Shown piece by piece: positions 36,005 to 44,782 of a stretch of 64,000 nt of DNA. Within the stretch, counting starts at the first letter, position 1, and every line of letters starts with the position of its first letter. A program made the translations under genes and the position numbers. Origin of the DNA: Dehalococcoidia bacterium (GTDB lineage: Bacteria > Chloroflexota > Dehalococcoidia > Lucifugimonadales > Australimonadaceae); assembly GCA_965200975.1 (NCBI GenBank), contig OZ241740.1, positions 1,282,636-1,346,635 on the forward strand, given 5' to 3'. Under the pieces are notes generated by a model. That model ran no database searches. It saw only the letters and a list, made by a program, of their open reading frames with translations, and was not told the origin of the DNA.

Positions 36005-37285
36005 CTACAGCTTGCCGGCAGCCTCGCGCATATCGAGGATGGGCGAGTACATCGTCGCCGCGCCCTGGCGCGACGATGTATCGACGTAGTTGTGCTGCTC
36101 GGTCATGAAGGGGATGTAGACGTTCTCGGCGGGGTCGCGGTAGACCTCTATGGGGTCGCCGCCGTCCTCGACGACGCGCATGTTCTCCTCGAGCATCTGG
36201 CGGAACATAATGATGCCCTTGTCCGAGCGGCCAAGGTGTTCGCCCGTGCGGTCGGCGATGGCGCCCTGAGTGATCCAGGCGGCAGGGTCTTGCGCGGAGT
36301 TGCTGCGCAGCTCGGGGTATACGGGCTGGTCGTTCTCATCGAGCATAGGCACCGGCGGGCGGTAGAAGGGGATGTCCTCCGGTCGCTGCTCGGCGTCGCC
36401 GTCGATCATCGGGTAGCAGGCGACCCACCAGTGGCCGGTGGTCTCGTCGTCGATGGGCGTCCGGATCTGGAAGGCGGGGCCGAGAAGGAACGTCTGGTTG
36501 CGGCTCGGAGTGGAGAGGTTGAAGCCGTCGCCTCCCTGGCGCAGGTAGTTGGGGAAGACGATGGGGTGGCCGTCTTTCCACTCGGTGTCTTCCTCCGACC
36601 CGCCCTCCCAGATGCGGCGTTTGATGATGCCGTGCTCGAAAGCGTCGAAGGCGATGACCTTGTGGGGGCGGCGGTTGCGGCGTTCGGACTCGCCGTTCAT
36701 CTCGCGGATGAAGTTGGCCCACGCGACGTGGAGCCACTCCAGGTGAACGGGGTCCAGCGAATTCTCCTGGCACTGCAGCCAGTTGCAGGGAAGTTCGGCG
36801 TAGCCGATGTCGCGCAGGACGCCGGTTGCGGCGAAGACGTCGTAGTTCGGAACGAGCGGCGCCGGCGCCGGGCCCATGTAGGCGAACAGCAGCCCGGCCT
36901 TCTCCTGCACCGGGTACGCCTTCATCTGCACCTTGTCCTTGAATCGCCCCTCCGGGTCTTCCGTCTCCTCGTACGGCTGCTCCGTGCACTGGCCCGTCTC
37001 GTCGTACAGCCAGCCGTGGTAGGGGCAGCGCAGGCCGTGCTCCTCCGGAATGCCGTAGATCATATTCATCCGGCGATGGGCGCAGTGCGGCTCCATCAAC
37101 CCGTAATCCCCGGAGCGGTCCTTGTAGAGGATGAGGTCTTCGCCCAGGAGGCGGACCTTCATCGTCCATTTGTCGTTCATCTGCGAGACGGCGGCGACGG
37201 GATGCCAGTAGCGGCGCATCAACTCGCCCATCGGCGTGCCGGGCCCGACTCTCGTGTAGCGGTCATTCGCTTCCTGCGTCAGCAT
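36005..37285 (-). CDS. Rieske oxygenase alpha subunit, paralogue R4
   Basis: 426 aa. MLTQEANDRYTRVGPGTPMGELMRRYWHP; CAHRRMNMIYGIPEEHGLRCPYHGW; ENSLDPVHLEWLH. Confidence 0.9.
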   Translation of the reverse strand: MLTQEANDRYTRVGPGTPMGELMRRYWHPVAAVSQMNDKWTMKVRLLGEDLILYKDRSGDYGLMEPHCAHRRMNMIYGIPEEHGLRCPYHGWLYDETGQCTEQPYEETEDPEGRFKDKVQMKAYPVQEKAGLLFAYMGPAPAPLVPNYDVFAATGVLRDIGYAELPCNWLQCQENSLDPVHLEWLHVAWANFIREMNGESERRNRRPHKVIAFDAFEHGIIKRRIWEGGSEEDTEWKDGHPIVFPNYLRQGGDGFNLSTPSRNQTFLLGPAFQIRTPIDDETTGHWWVACYPMIDGDAEQRPEDIPFYRPPVPMLDENDQPVYPELRSNSAQDPAAWITQGAIADRTGEHLGRSDKGIIMFRQMLEENMRVVEDGGDPIEVYRDPAENVYIPFMTEQHNYVDTSSRQGAATMYSPILDMREAAGKL

Positions 37286-37360
37286 AAGTCCTCTCCTTAC
37301 GGATTCGGATAGGTTCGGTGTATGGGCGCGATTATAGCAACTGCCGCGCTGTCGACACGC

Positions 37361-38638
37361 TTACTCTCCACGCGCCGCGCCTGCCGTGCCTCGGAGGCTG
37401 CGTTCGCCCTCCCAGCTTTCGAGCGTGGCGTTGACGATGTCGGCCACTACCGGTTCGCCGGCCTCGACGAGCGTGTAGCCCATACGGCGGCGGTTGCCGA
37501 ACTTCACGTGCTCCAGCGGCAGGGCGATGGCCTCGTTCTCGGCGGGGTCGCGGAACGTGTTCATCGGGTCGCCCCCGTCGAGGGCGAGCTGGGCCTGCTC
37601 CTTGAGCAGCTTGCGGAAGAGGATGATGCCCTTGTCGGACTCGCCCAGCTTTTCGAGATGGCGCTTGGCGATAGGGCCTTGCGTCACCCATGCGAGGTAG
37701 TCCTGGTTGAAGAGGATGTCGTTGATGTATCGGTCGTTCTCGTCCTTGAGGGGGACATACCGATAAGGAACGATGTCCTGCCGGGGCGCCTGCGCGCCGG
37801 GAGCGGGGCGCCACACGTAGTAGGAGACGTGGTAGGTGTTCTCGTCGTCGACGGGAACGCGGAACTGGAATGTCGAGCGCACCTCGTCGCCGACGAGGAG
37901 GATGTTCGGGAACAGAATGGGGTGTCCCTCGCGCCAGTCGTCGTCCTCCTCGGTGTAGCCCTCTTCGACGCGGCGCTTGATGATGCCGTGCTCGAAAACG
38001 TCGAATCCTATCTTGAGGTGCTTGCCGCGCAGTTCGGGCAGGGCGTGCACGTCGTTCCTCACCACGTTGCCGTAGTAGGCGTGCAGCCACTCGTTGTGCA
38101 CGGGGTCGAGGGAGTTCTCCTGGCACTGGAGCCAGTTGCAGGGCAGCTCGGAGATGCATACCTCGCGGACGGCGTTGTCCCACGTAAACTGCTCCCATCG
38201 GGGGAGCAGGGGCGCAGGCTGCGGGCCCATGTACGCGAAGATGAGTCCGCCGAGCTCCTGCACGGGGTACCCGGCGATCTTCACCTTCTCTTTGAAGCGT
38301 CCGTCCGGGTGGACGGTCTCCTCGAAGGGCTGCTCGATGCACTGGCCGGTCTCGTCCATCATCCAGCCGTGGTACATACAGCGGAGGCCGTGCTCCTCGG
38401 GAATGCCGTAGGAGAGGTCGACTCTGCGGTGGGGGCAGAAGCGGTCGATGAGTCCGAGCGTTCCGGATTTGTCGCGGTAGAGGACGAGGTCTTCGCCGAG
38501 GAGCCGCACCGGCTTGGTGGGGCGTTCGTCGAGTTCGGCGGCGGCGGCGACGGGGTGCCAGTAGCGTCGCATCAGCTCGCCCATGGGGGTTCCGGGACTG
38601 ACCCGGGTGATGTCGTCGTTTGCCTGAATGGTGAGCAT
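37361..38638 (-). CDS. Rieske oxygenase alpha subunit, paralogue R5
   Basis: 425 aa. CPHRRVDLSYGIPEEHGLRCMYHGW; ENSLDPVHNEWLH. Lies in tandem with R4 (75-bp spacer). Confidence 0.9.
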   Translation of the reverse strand: MLTIQANDDITRVSPGTPMGELMRRYWHPVAAAAELDERPTKPVRLLGEDLVLYRDKSGTLGLIDRFCPHRRVDLSYGIPEEHGLRCMYHGWMMDETGQCIEQPFEETVHPDGRFKEKVKIAGYPVQELGGLIFAYMGPQPAPLLPRWEQFTWDNAVREVCISELPCNWLQCQENSLDPVHNEWLHAYYGNVVRNDVHALPELRGKHLKIGFDVFEHGIIKRRVEEGYTEEDDDWREGHPILFPNILLVGDEVRSTFQFRVPVDDENTYHVSYYVWRPAPGAQAPRQDIVPYRYVPLKDENDRYINDILFNQDYLAWVTQGPIAKRHLEKLGESDKGIILFRKLLKEQAQLALDGGDPMNTFRDPAENEAIALPLEHVKFGNRRRMGYTLVEAGEPVVADIVNATLESWEGERSLRGTAGAARGE

Positions 38639-38764
38639 GGAGGTCTCCTCCCGAGCGAGCGTTACTAGGCGTAAGGGTAGGGCGGGCGTCGGCGCCGGTC
38701 AAGCGAGATTTGGGAGCTATAGGAGCAGGAAGGTAGGATAATCGCCTGAGCGCCTGGGGAGGAG

Positions 38765-39208
38765 ATGCTTATGGCGGAGTCTACAGAGAAGGAATCAGAG
38801 GGTCAGCCGCGACGGCAGGGGCTGAGGGAGCGACTTGCAGAGAGAGCCAATGCAGCTGTCGACAAGATTCGGGACCAGGTGGGGGATATAACCACGGAAA
38901 GAAGCGTAGAGCTGGCGGAGGAGTACGCCGGGAAGATAGGGGGAGAGTCGGCTGCGGAGACGGCAGGGCGGATGGCGAGATCTGCGGGCAACGCTGCGGG
39001 CAAGGTGGCGTCTACGTCTGGCAGTGTCGGCGCGGTGCTGTCGGGATCGGACATAAAGGCTTTCGAGGATTTTGTAGAAGCAGTTACGCGAGTCGTAGTC
39101 GGCTTGCACGATGAGAGTCAGCGTCTTAAGCAGGAGAGCGAGGAACTCAGGGTGAGGGTCGCGGCCCTGGAAGCTCGCGCCGTGGATTCGGGTGCCGGGC
39201 AGGGATAG
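38765..39208 (+). CDS. hypothetical Ala/Gly-rich protein with C-terminal coiled coil
   Basis: 147 aa (the ATG at 38771 has better spacing from GGGGAGGAG). No family recognised. C-terminal HDESQRLKQESEELRVRVAALEARA is heptad-like. The stop is 2 nt before the next start. Confidence 0.55.
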   Translation: MLMAESTEKESEGQPRRQGLRERLAERANAAVDKIRDQVGDITTERSVELAEEYAGKIGGESAAETAGRMARSAGNAAGKVASTSGSVGAVLSGSDIKAFEDFVEAVTRVVVGLHDESQRLKQESEELRVRVAALEARAVDSGAGQG

Positions 39209-39210
39209 CA

Positions 39211-40191
39211 ATGACATACGACCAACTGCTTGCGCTGGCGCAGAGCTATCCGGAAGCGGAGAGAAGCCGGCTGAGCGAACTCGCGCATTCGCGGGCTGTT
39301 CGCAGTGAACAGGAGGTGCTGGAACTGGCTGCGATTGCCGCTGAGGCGCAGGTTGACTCTCTGCTGCGCAGCGCGTTAGACCCTCGCGACAACCAGCTTT
39401 TACGCAGAGCGTTCGAGCTTCAGTACCCGCAAGTGAATATTGATTCACTCAGGGGCATGAGCGCTCAGAGCTTGGAAGGGTATGTCAATGGAGTCAAGGG
39501 GAAATACTTCGAAGTGCTGGTCGAGGACAAGCTGAACGCAGGCGAGTCTATAGGCGGGGTAAAGCTGGCTGCAGGGCAGACGGCCCGGTTGGCGGAGTCG
39601 TCCACGCAACCCGGCTGGGATCTCCGAATCGAGTCCGAGACCGGCGAAGTGGCGGAGGAGCTGCAGTTGAAGGCGACTGTGGCGTTCGGTCCGGTGTACG
39701 AGCATTTAAGGGAGTATCCCGACATCAAGGTGCTGACGCCGGGACCGATACAGCAGTTCGAAGGCGACGACAACGTGATATCGGCGGATATTCCCCACGC
39801 GCACCTGGAGGAGGCGTCGGAGAATTACGTCGATGATCTTGGCGACGGCTTGATGGAGAGCGCTCTAGAGGGCGTGGCCGGGTTCGCCGTGGAAGCCATG
39901 CCCGTTACGACGGTGCTGCTGGCCGGCGGAACTGAGGGGGTGCGATTTCTGACGGGGCGCGCAACGCTGCAGGAGGCGGCGAGCACGGTCGCATCAAGGA
40001 CTGCCCGCTCTGCCGGATACAATACGGTGTACTTGGGCCTGACGGCCACCGGACTCGGCGCCGTAGCCGTTCCGCTGACGGCGGCTCTGCGCGTAAGCGA
40101 ATCACGCGTCCGGAGACGGATTCAATTGCGGGACAAGCTCGATGCTTGCACCGCCGAATTAACCCTCCTGCTAGACAAGGACGCCGGGTAG
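39211..40191 (+). CDS. hypothetical protein with Mrr-like PD-(D/E)xK core and hydrophobic C-terminal segments
   Basis: 326 aa. GKYFEVLVEDKLNAG...QPGWDLRIESETGEVAEELQLKAT fits the FExLV..L..G / D / QxK pattern of Mrr-type nucleases. Two hydrophobic stretches (GVAGFAVEAMPVTTVLLAGG; VYLGLTATGLGAVAVPLTAAL). Confidence 0.55.
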   Translation: MTYDQLLALAQSYPEAERSRLSELAHSRAVRSEQEVLELAAIAAEAQVDSLLRSALDPRDNQLLRRAFELQYPQVNIDSLRGMSAQSLEGYVNGVKGKYFEVLVEDKLNAGESIGGVKLAAGQTARLAESSTQPGWDLRIESETGEVAEELQLKATVAFGPVYEHLREYPDIKVLTPGPIQQFEGDDNVISADIPHAHLEEASENYVDDLGDGLMESALEGVAGFAVEAMPVTTVLLAGGTEGVRFLTGRATLQEAASTVASRTARSAGYNTVYLGLTATGLGAVAVPLTAALRVSESRVRRRIQLRDKLDACTAELTLLLDKDAG

Positions 40192-40222
40192 ACGGGTTGC
40201 CTGGCTTGCCGCGCAGGACAGC

Positions 40223-41479
40223 CTAGCGCCCGAGGGTGGCCTCCTCGCCGAGGTAGTCGACCCAGGTGCGCATGACCTCTTCGATGTCGGCGACGGCGGT
40301 GGTCTCTCCCGCCTCGGGCGGGATGTAGCGGGCTTGGGCGCGCATGCCGAACTTGACGCGCTCGACGGGCGCGTGGAGCAGGCCCAGGCTGTCGCCGCGG
40401 AAGACGTTCATGGGGTCGCCGCCGTCCTGCATCACCGCGATGTTCCGCTTGAGCTGCTTGCGGAAAAGGATGATGCCCCTGTCCGACTCGCCGAGTATCT
40501 CTTTGTCGCGCTTGGCGATGGGGCCTTGGGTGACCCAGGCCATGTAGTCCTGGTTGAACGTCCAATCGAGGATGAACCGACCCTCGTCGTCCTTGAGCGG
40601 GACGTAGCGGTACGGCACGACGTCCTGGACGGGAGCGGGGGCGCCGGGGGCGGAGCGGTAGTTGTAGACGGAGACGTGCAGCGTGTTCGCGTCGTCGACA
40701 GGCACGCGGAACTGGTAGGTCGCGCGCGCCTCGTTGCCGACGAGCAGGATGTTGGGGAAGAGCACCGGGTGCCCCTCGGCCCACTCGTCGTCGGTCTCGT
40801 CCTTCCCCTCGAGGAGGCGGCGCTTGACGATGCCGAACTCGAACTCGTCGAAGCCGATCTTCCGGTGCTTGCGGGATGCGCCTTGCTGGGCGACGGCGAT
40901 GCGGTAAGCGCCCATATAGGTGTGGAGCCACTCGACGTGGACGGGGTCGAGGGAATTCTCCTGGCACTGGAGCCAGTTGCAGGGCAGCTCGGTGATGGCG
41001 ATGTCGGAGTAGCCGTTCTCCCAGAGCAGCTGCTCCCATCGCGGGAGGAGCGGCGCAGGCTGCGGGCCAAGGTAGGCGAACACGAGGCCGGCCATCTCCT
41101 GCGCCGGGTAGCCGGCGATCTTGACTTTCTCCTTGAAGCGCCCGTCGGGGTGGACGGTCTCCTCGAAGGGCTGCTCGATGCACTGGCCGGTCTCGTCCAT
41201 CATCCAGCCATGGTACATACAGCGGAGGCCGTGCTCCTCCGGGATGCCGTAGGAGAGGTCGACGCGCCGATGAGGGCAGAAGCGGTCGATGAGGCCGAGC
41301 GTTCCGGACTTGTCGCGGTAGAGGACGAGGTCTTCGCCGAGGAGCCGGACGGGTTTGGTCGGCTTGTCGTCGAGTTCGGCTGCAGCGGCGATGGGGTGCC
41401 AGTATCGGCGCAGCAGTTCGCCCATCGGCGTGCCGGGTCCGACTCGAGTGAGCTCCTGGTTGGCCTGAACGCTGAGCAT
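40223..41479 (-). CDS. Rieske oxygenase alpha subunit, paralogue R6
   Basis: ORF trimmed to MLSVQANQELTRVGPGTPMGELLRRYWHP (ATG 41479). CPHRRVDLSYGIPEEHGLRCMYHGW; ENSLDPVHVEWLH. Confidence 0.9.
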   Translation of the reverse strand: MLSVQANQELTRVGPGTPMGELLRRYWHPIAAAAELDDKPTKPVRLLGEDLVLYRDKSGTLGLIDRFCPHRRVDLSYGIPEEHGLRCMYHGWMMDETGQCIEQPFEETVHPDGRFKEKVKIAGYPAQEMAGLVFAYLGPQPAPLLPRWEQLLWENGYSDIAITELPCNWLQCQENSLDPVHVEWLHTYMGAYRIAVAQQGASRKHRKIGFDEFEFGIVKRRLLEGKDETDDEWAEGHPVLFPNILLVGNEARATYQFRVPVDDANTLHVSVYNYRSAPGAPAPVQDVVPYRYVPLKDDEGRFILDWTFNQDYMAWVTQGPIAKRDKEILGESDRGIILFRKQLKRNIAVMQDGGDPMNVFRGDSLGLLHAPVERVKFGMRAQARYIPPEAGETTAVADIEEVMRTWVDYLGEEATLGR

Positions 41480-41569
41480 CGCGCATCTCCTCGGGAGCTG
41501 ATTGGGGCAAGCGTAGTGGGGGAACGGGGCAGGCGTCAATCGGCGGAGGCGCCCTGCAAGTCCCTTGCG

Positions 41570-42220
41570 CTACGCCAGCGGCTTCTCCATCTTCCACACG
41601 CGCTTCGTCCCGAACGTTCTGCGGAGGAGGACGCCGCTCTGCGAAGAGACGCGGCGGTAGCCCGTGCGCTCGTAGAGGCGGATAGCGCCGGCGTTCTCGG
41701 CGATCACGTGGAGGGTCATCTTCCGCACTCCCATAGCGCGCCCCCTGGCTTCCGCCGCCTCGAGTAAGAGCGAGCCGACGCCCATTCCGCGCGCGGCAGG
41801 AGTTACGGCCAGCTGGTCGACCAGTAGCTCTCCGGCTACTGGTCCGCTGTGGAGGAGAATGAAGTTGACGAGAATGAGCAGGGCGCGGATGGGCGAGAAG
41901 CGGCGGAAGAGGGTACGGAACCGGAAGAGGTAGAACTCGAGGCCGGGCGCCTGGAGGGTGAGGACGCCCAGCAGGGCGCCGTTCCGGGTGGCGGCGAAGC
42001 AGGCGTCGCGTCGCACAGCATCGTGGAGGAGTCGGACGAAGTCGTCGGCGTCGCGGCAGCCGATGCGGAGCTTCTTGGCGAATGCTTCATAGACGATGCG
42101 CAGCGCGTCCTCGACGTGTTCGGGCGCCAATTCTCCGGCGACGACCACGTCGCCCGTACTTGCGGGGGAGGCCTCTTCCAGCGCGGGGTTTTCCTCCTGC
42201 CTCTCCATCGGACGCATCAT
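41570..42220 (-). CDS. GNAT family N-acetyltransferase
   Basis: ORF trimmed to MMRPMERQ (ATG 42220; alternatives at 42217 and 42208). QLAVTPAARGMGVGSLLLEAAEARGRAMGVRKMTLHV is the acetyl-CoA-binding motif A (R/Q-x-x-G-x-G/A). Confidence 0.75.
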   Translation of the reverse strand: MMRPMERQEENPALEEASPASTGDVVVAGELAPEHVEDALRIVYEAFAKKLRIGCRDADDFVRLLHDAVRRDACFAATRNGALLGVLTLQAPGLEFYLFRFRTLFRRFSPIRALLILVNFILLHSGPVAGELLVDQLAVTPAARGMGVGSLLLEAAEARGRAMGVRKMTLHVIAENAGAIRLYERTGYRRVSSQSGVLLRRTFGTKRVWKMEKPLA

Positions 42221-42287
42221 ACGTGAATCGCGCGGGCACGCGCATGCTCGCCGTACGGGGGCTGGTCGTGGGATAGTGTGCGGGACG

Positions 42288-43262
42288 ATGCGGCGCGACT
42301 TCCTGCTTTTTATCCTGTCGATTCTGCTGGCGTTGGGCGTAGCGGCGCTTGTATGGGAGTACGCCGACGCCAGGGCGGGGCCGTTCCCTGTGCCGTTCAC
42401 CGACGCCGATGGCAAGCCGTCCCTTGTGCGGTTGTATGTCGACGCCGGCGGAGAAGCATTCTACGTCCCGCTGTACGCGCTGCTTGCGGGAGCGTTCCTG
42501 CTGGCGGCTATCGTGGGGCGAGCGTGGCTTGCCGGCGCTCATTCGTACGGAGCGTTGTGGCGAAGGGGTCTTGCCGGCCTGTGCGTGTTGACGGTTGCTG
42601 GGGCAGCGGTAGTGTGGATGGAATCGTCCGGCCCGCTTAGCCCGGGTGAGCTGCTCCCTGGTGAAGCGGCGAGCTGGCTGGGGCAAGCGCCCGATGAGCA
42701 GCCAACTCCCGCTCCCGCCGAGCGAGCCGATGAACACCCGCCCGCTGACGATGCTCCGCTTGACAGCGCAAGGACTCCAGCCGGTGAAAGCTCCGCCGAA
42801 ATAGATGACGCAGCTGCGTATTTCGAGCTAGCGCCGAGCTGCCCCCTGTGTTCGCGGATCGGCGTGCAGAGGGTGGTTGACGGCGACACGCTTGTGAGCT
42901 CCTACGGGCGCATCCGGTTGTACGGAGTCGACACTCCAGAGATAGGCGAGCCTTGCGCCGGCGAGGCGACTGCGCTGCTGAGAAGGCTTGCGGGCTCGCG
43001 GGCCCGCGTCCAGTTCGGGCCGCGCATGACAGACCGGTACGACCGAACCCTTGCGTACCTCTACACCGAGGACGGGTTCAGCATCGACGGCCTGCTTGTG
43101 TGGGGCGGCTACGGGTACGCGTGGACGAGCGACGGTCAGCACGCTGCGACGCTCGCAGCGCTGGAGCGGGACGCGCGCCGCAGCGGGCGCGGGTGCCTGT
43201 GGGCGAGGCCGAACGGCGGAGAGGCGACCGGCTCGTTAGGGACGTGGACGCTGGACCCGTAA
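42288..43262 (+). CDS. membrane-anchored thermonuclease (SNase) family protein
   Basis: ORF trimmed to MRRDFLLFILSILLALGV (ATG 42288). About 3 TM helices and an acidic/Pro linker, then VVDGDTL...IRLYGVDTPE...DRYDRTLAYLY (SNase core). Confidence 0.75.
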   Translation: MRRDFLLFILSILLALGVAALVWEYADARAGPFPVPFTDADGKPSLVRLYVDAGGEAFYVPLYALLAGAFLLAAIVGRAWLAGAHSYGALWRRGLAGLCVLTVAGAAVVWMESSGPLSPGELLPGEAASWLGQAPDEQPTPAPAERADEHPPADDAPLDSARTPAGESSAEIDDAAAYFELAPSCPLCSRIGVQRVVDGDTLVSSYGRIRLYGVDTPEIGEPCAGEATALLRRLAGSRARVQFGPRMTDRYDRTLAYLYTEDGFSIDGLLVWGGYGYAWTSDGQHAATLAALERDARRSGRGCLWARPNGGEATGSLGTWTLDP

Positions 43263-43346
43263 CGCATCGGCGCGCTGCCGCTGTAGCGCGCGTCAGCTCA
43301 TCGACTCCGGACGGTTGCCGCTGCGCCGCCTGGTTGCAGGCGGGAG

Positions 43347-44687
43347 CTACAGTGGCCAGTTGTCCTTGATGTTATCGACTGCGCCTTGCGGGGCGCCGGC
43401 GCGGGCGGTCACTTCGTCTTCCGAGGCGGCGGGAGCGCGGTCGGGGAGCTCTTCCCATGTTTGGAGCACCTGGTTGATGAGGTCGGCGTCGCGGCTGTAG
43501 CCCGCTTCGCCGGGGATGTACTTCTTTGCGCGCTTCATGCCGAACTTCACCTGCTCGAGCGGGGCGGCGATGCCGGAGGCGGGCGGCGCTTCGCGGAACA
43601 CGTTCATCGGCTCGCCGCCGTCGGCGACGAGGTCCATCTGCTCGCGGAGCTGCTTGCGGAAGAGGATGAGACCCCGGTCGGACTCGCCGAGATGCTCGAG
43701 GTGGCGCTTGGCGATGGGGCCTTGCGTCACCCACATCGTGTAGTCCTGGTTGAACACGACATCGACGATCCAACGTCCGTTCTCGTCGAGCAGCGGCACC
43801 TCGCGGTAGGGGACGGAGTCCTGGGCGGGGACGGGCTGGCCCGGGGCGCCGCGCCAGGTGTAGAGCGAGATGTGCAGCGTGTTCTCGTCGTCGACCGGCA
43901 CGCGGAACTGCATCGTCACCGACACTTCGGAGCCGACGAGCAGGATGTTGGGGAAGAATACGGGGTGGCCGTGCTTCCAGTCGTCGTCTTCTTCGGTATA
44001 GCCGCGGAAGACGCGGCGCTTGACGATGCCGTACTCGAACACGTCGAAGCCGATCTTCTCGTGCTTGGGAAGGTCGAGCAGGGCGCCCTTGAACCCGGGG
44101 CCCTCCTGGACGTACTGGCCCCAGTACGAGTGGGCCCACTCCACGTGGACGGGGTCGAGAGAGTTCTCCTGGCACTGCAGCCAGTTGCAGGGCAGGTGCG
44201 AGACGGCGATGTCGCGAACGGCGTTCTCCCACACGAGCGGCTCCCAGGTCGGGAGGAAGGGGACCGGCTGCGGGCCAAGGTACGCGAACACCAGTCCGCC
44301 CGCCGTCTGCACGGGGTAGCCGGCGATCTTGACCTTCTCCTTGAAGCGTCCGTCGGGGTGAACGGTCTCCTCGAAGGGCTGCTCGATGCACTGGCCGGTC
44401 TCGTCCATCATCCAGCCGTGGTACATACAGCGGAGGCCGTTCTCCTCCGGGATGCCGTAGGAGAGATCGACTCTGCGGTGGGGGCAGAAGCGGTCGATGA
44501 GGCCGAGCGTTCCCGACTTGTCCTTGTAGAGGACGAGGTCCTCGCCAAGGAGCCGCACGGGCTTGGTTGGCTTGTCGTCGAGTTCGGCTGCGGCGGCGAT
44601 GGGATGCCAGTAACGGCGCATCAGCTCGCCCATGGGCGTTCCGGGGCCAACCTGGGTAACGGCGTTGTTCTGTGCAACGGTCAGCAT
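43347..44687 (-). CDS. Rieske oxygenase alpha subunit, paralogue R7
   Basis: 446 aa. MLTVAQNNAVTQVGPGTPMGELMRRYWHP; CPHRRVDLSYGIPEENGLRCMYHGW; ENSLDPVHVEWAH. Confidence 0.9.
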   Translation of the reverse strand: MLTVAQNNAVTQVGPGTPMGELMRRYWHPIAAAAELDDKPTKPVRLLGEDLVLYKDKSGTLGLIDRFCPHRRVDLSYGIPEENGLRCMYHGWMMDETGQCIEQPFEETVHPDGRFKEKVKIAGYPVQTAGGLVFAYLGPQPVPFLPTWEPLVWENAVRDIAVSHLPCNWLQCQENSLDPVHVEWAHSYWGQYVQEGPGFKGALLDLPKHEKIGFDVFEYGIVKRRVFRGYTEEDDDWKHGHPVFFPNILLVGSEVSVTMQFRVPVDDENTLHISLYTWRGAPGQPVPAQDSVPYREVPLLDENGRWIVDVVFNQDYTMWVTQGPIAKRHLEHLGESDRGLILFRKQLREQMDLVADGGEPMNVFREAPPASGIAAPLEQVKFGMKRAKKYIPGEAGYSRDADLINQVLQTWEELPDRAPAASEDEVTARAGAPQGAVDNIKDNWPL

Positions 44688-44782
44688 TGCTTCACCTTTC
44701 CGCGTGCTGCGGGGCTCTTCCGCCTTCTATGGGGTTAGCGTAGGCGCGCGCCTGAATCGGTGTCAACGCGCTGCCGCGCCCG

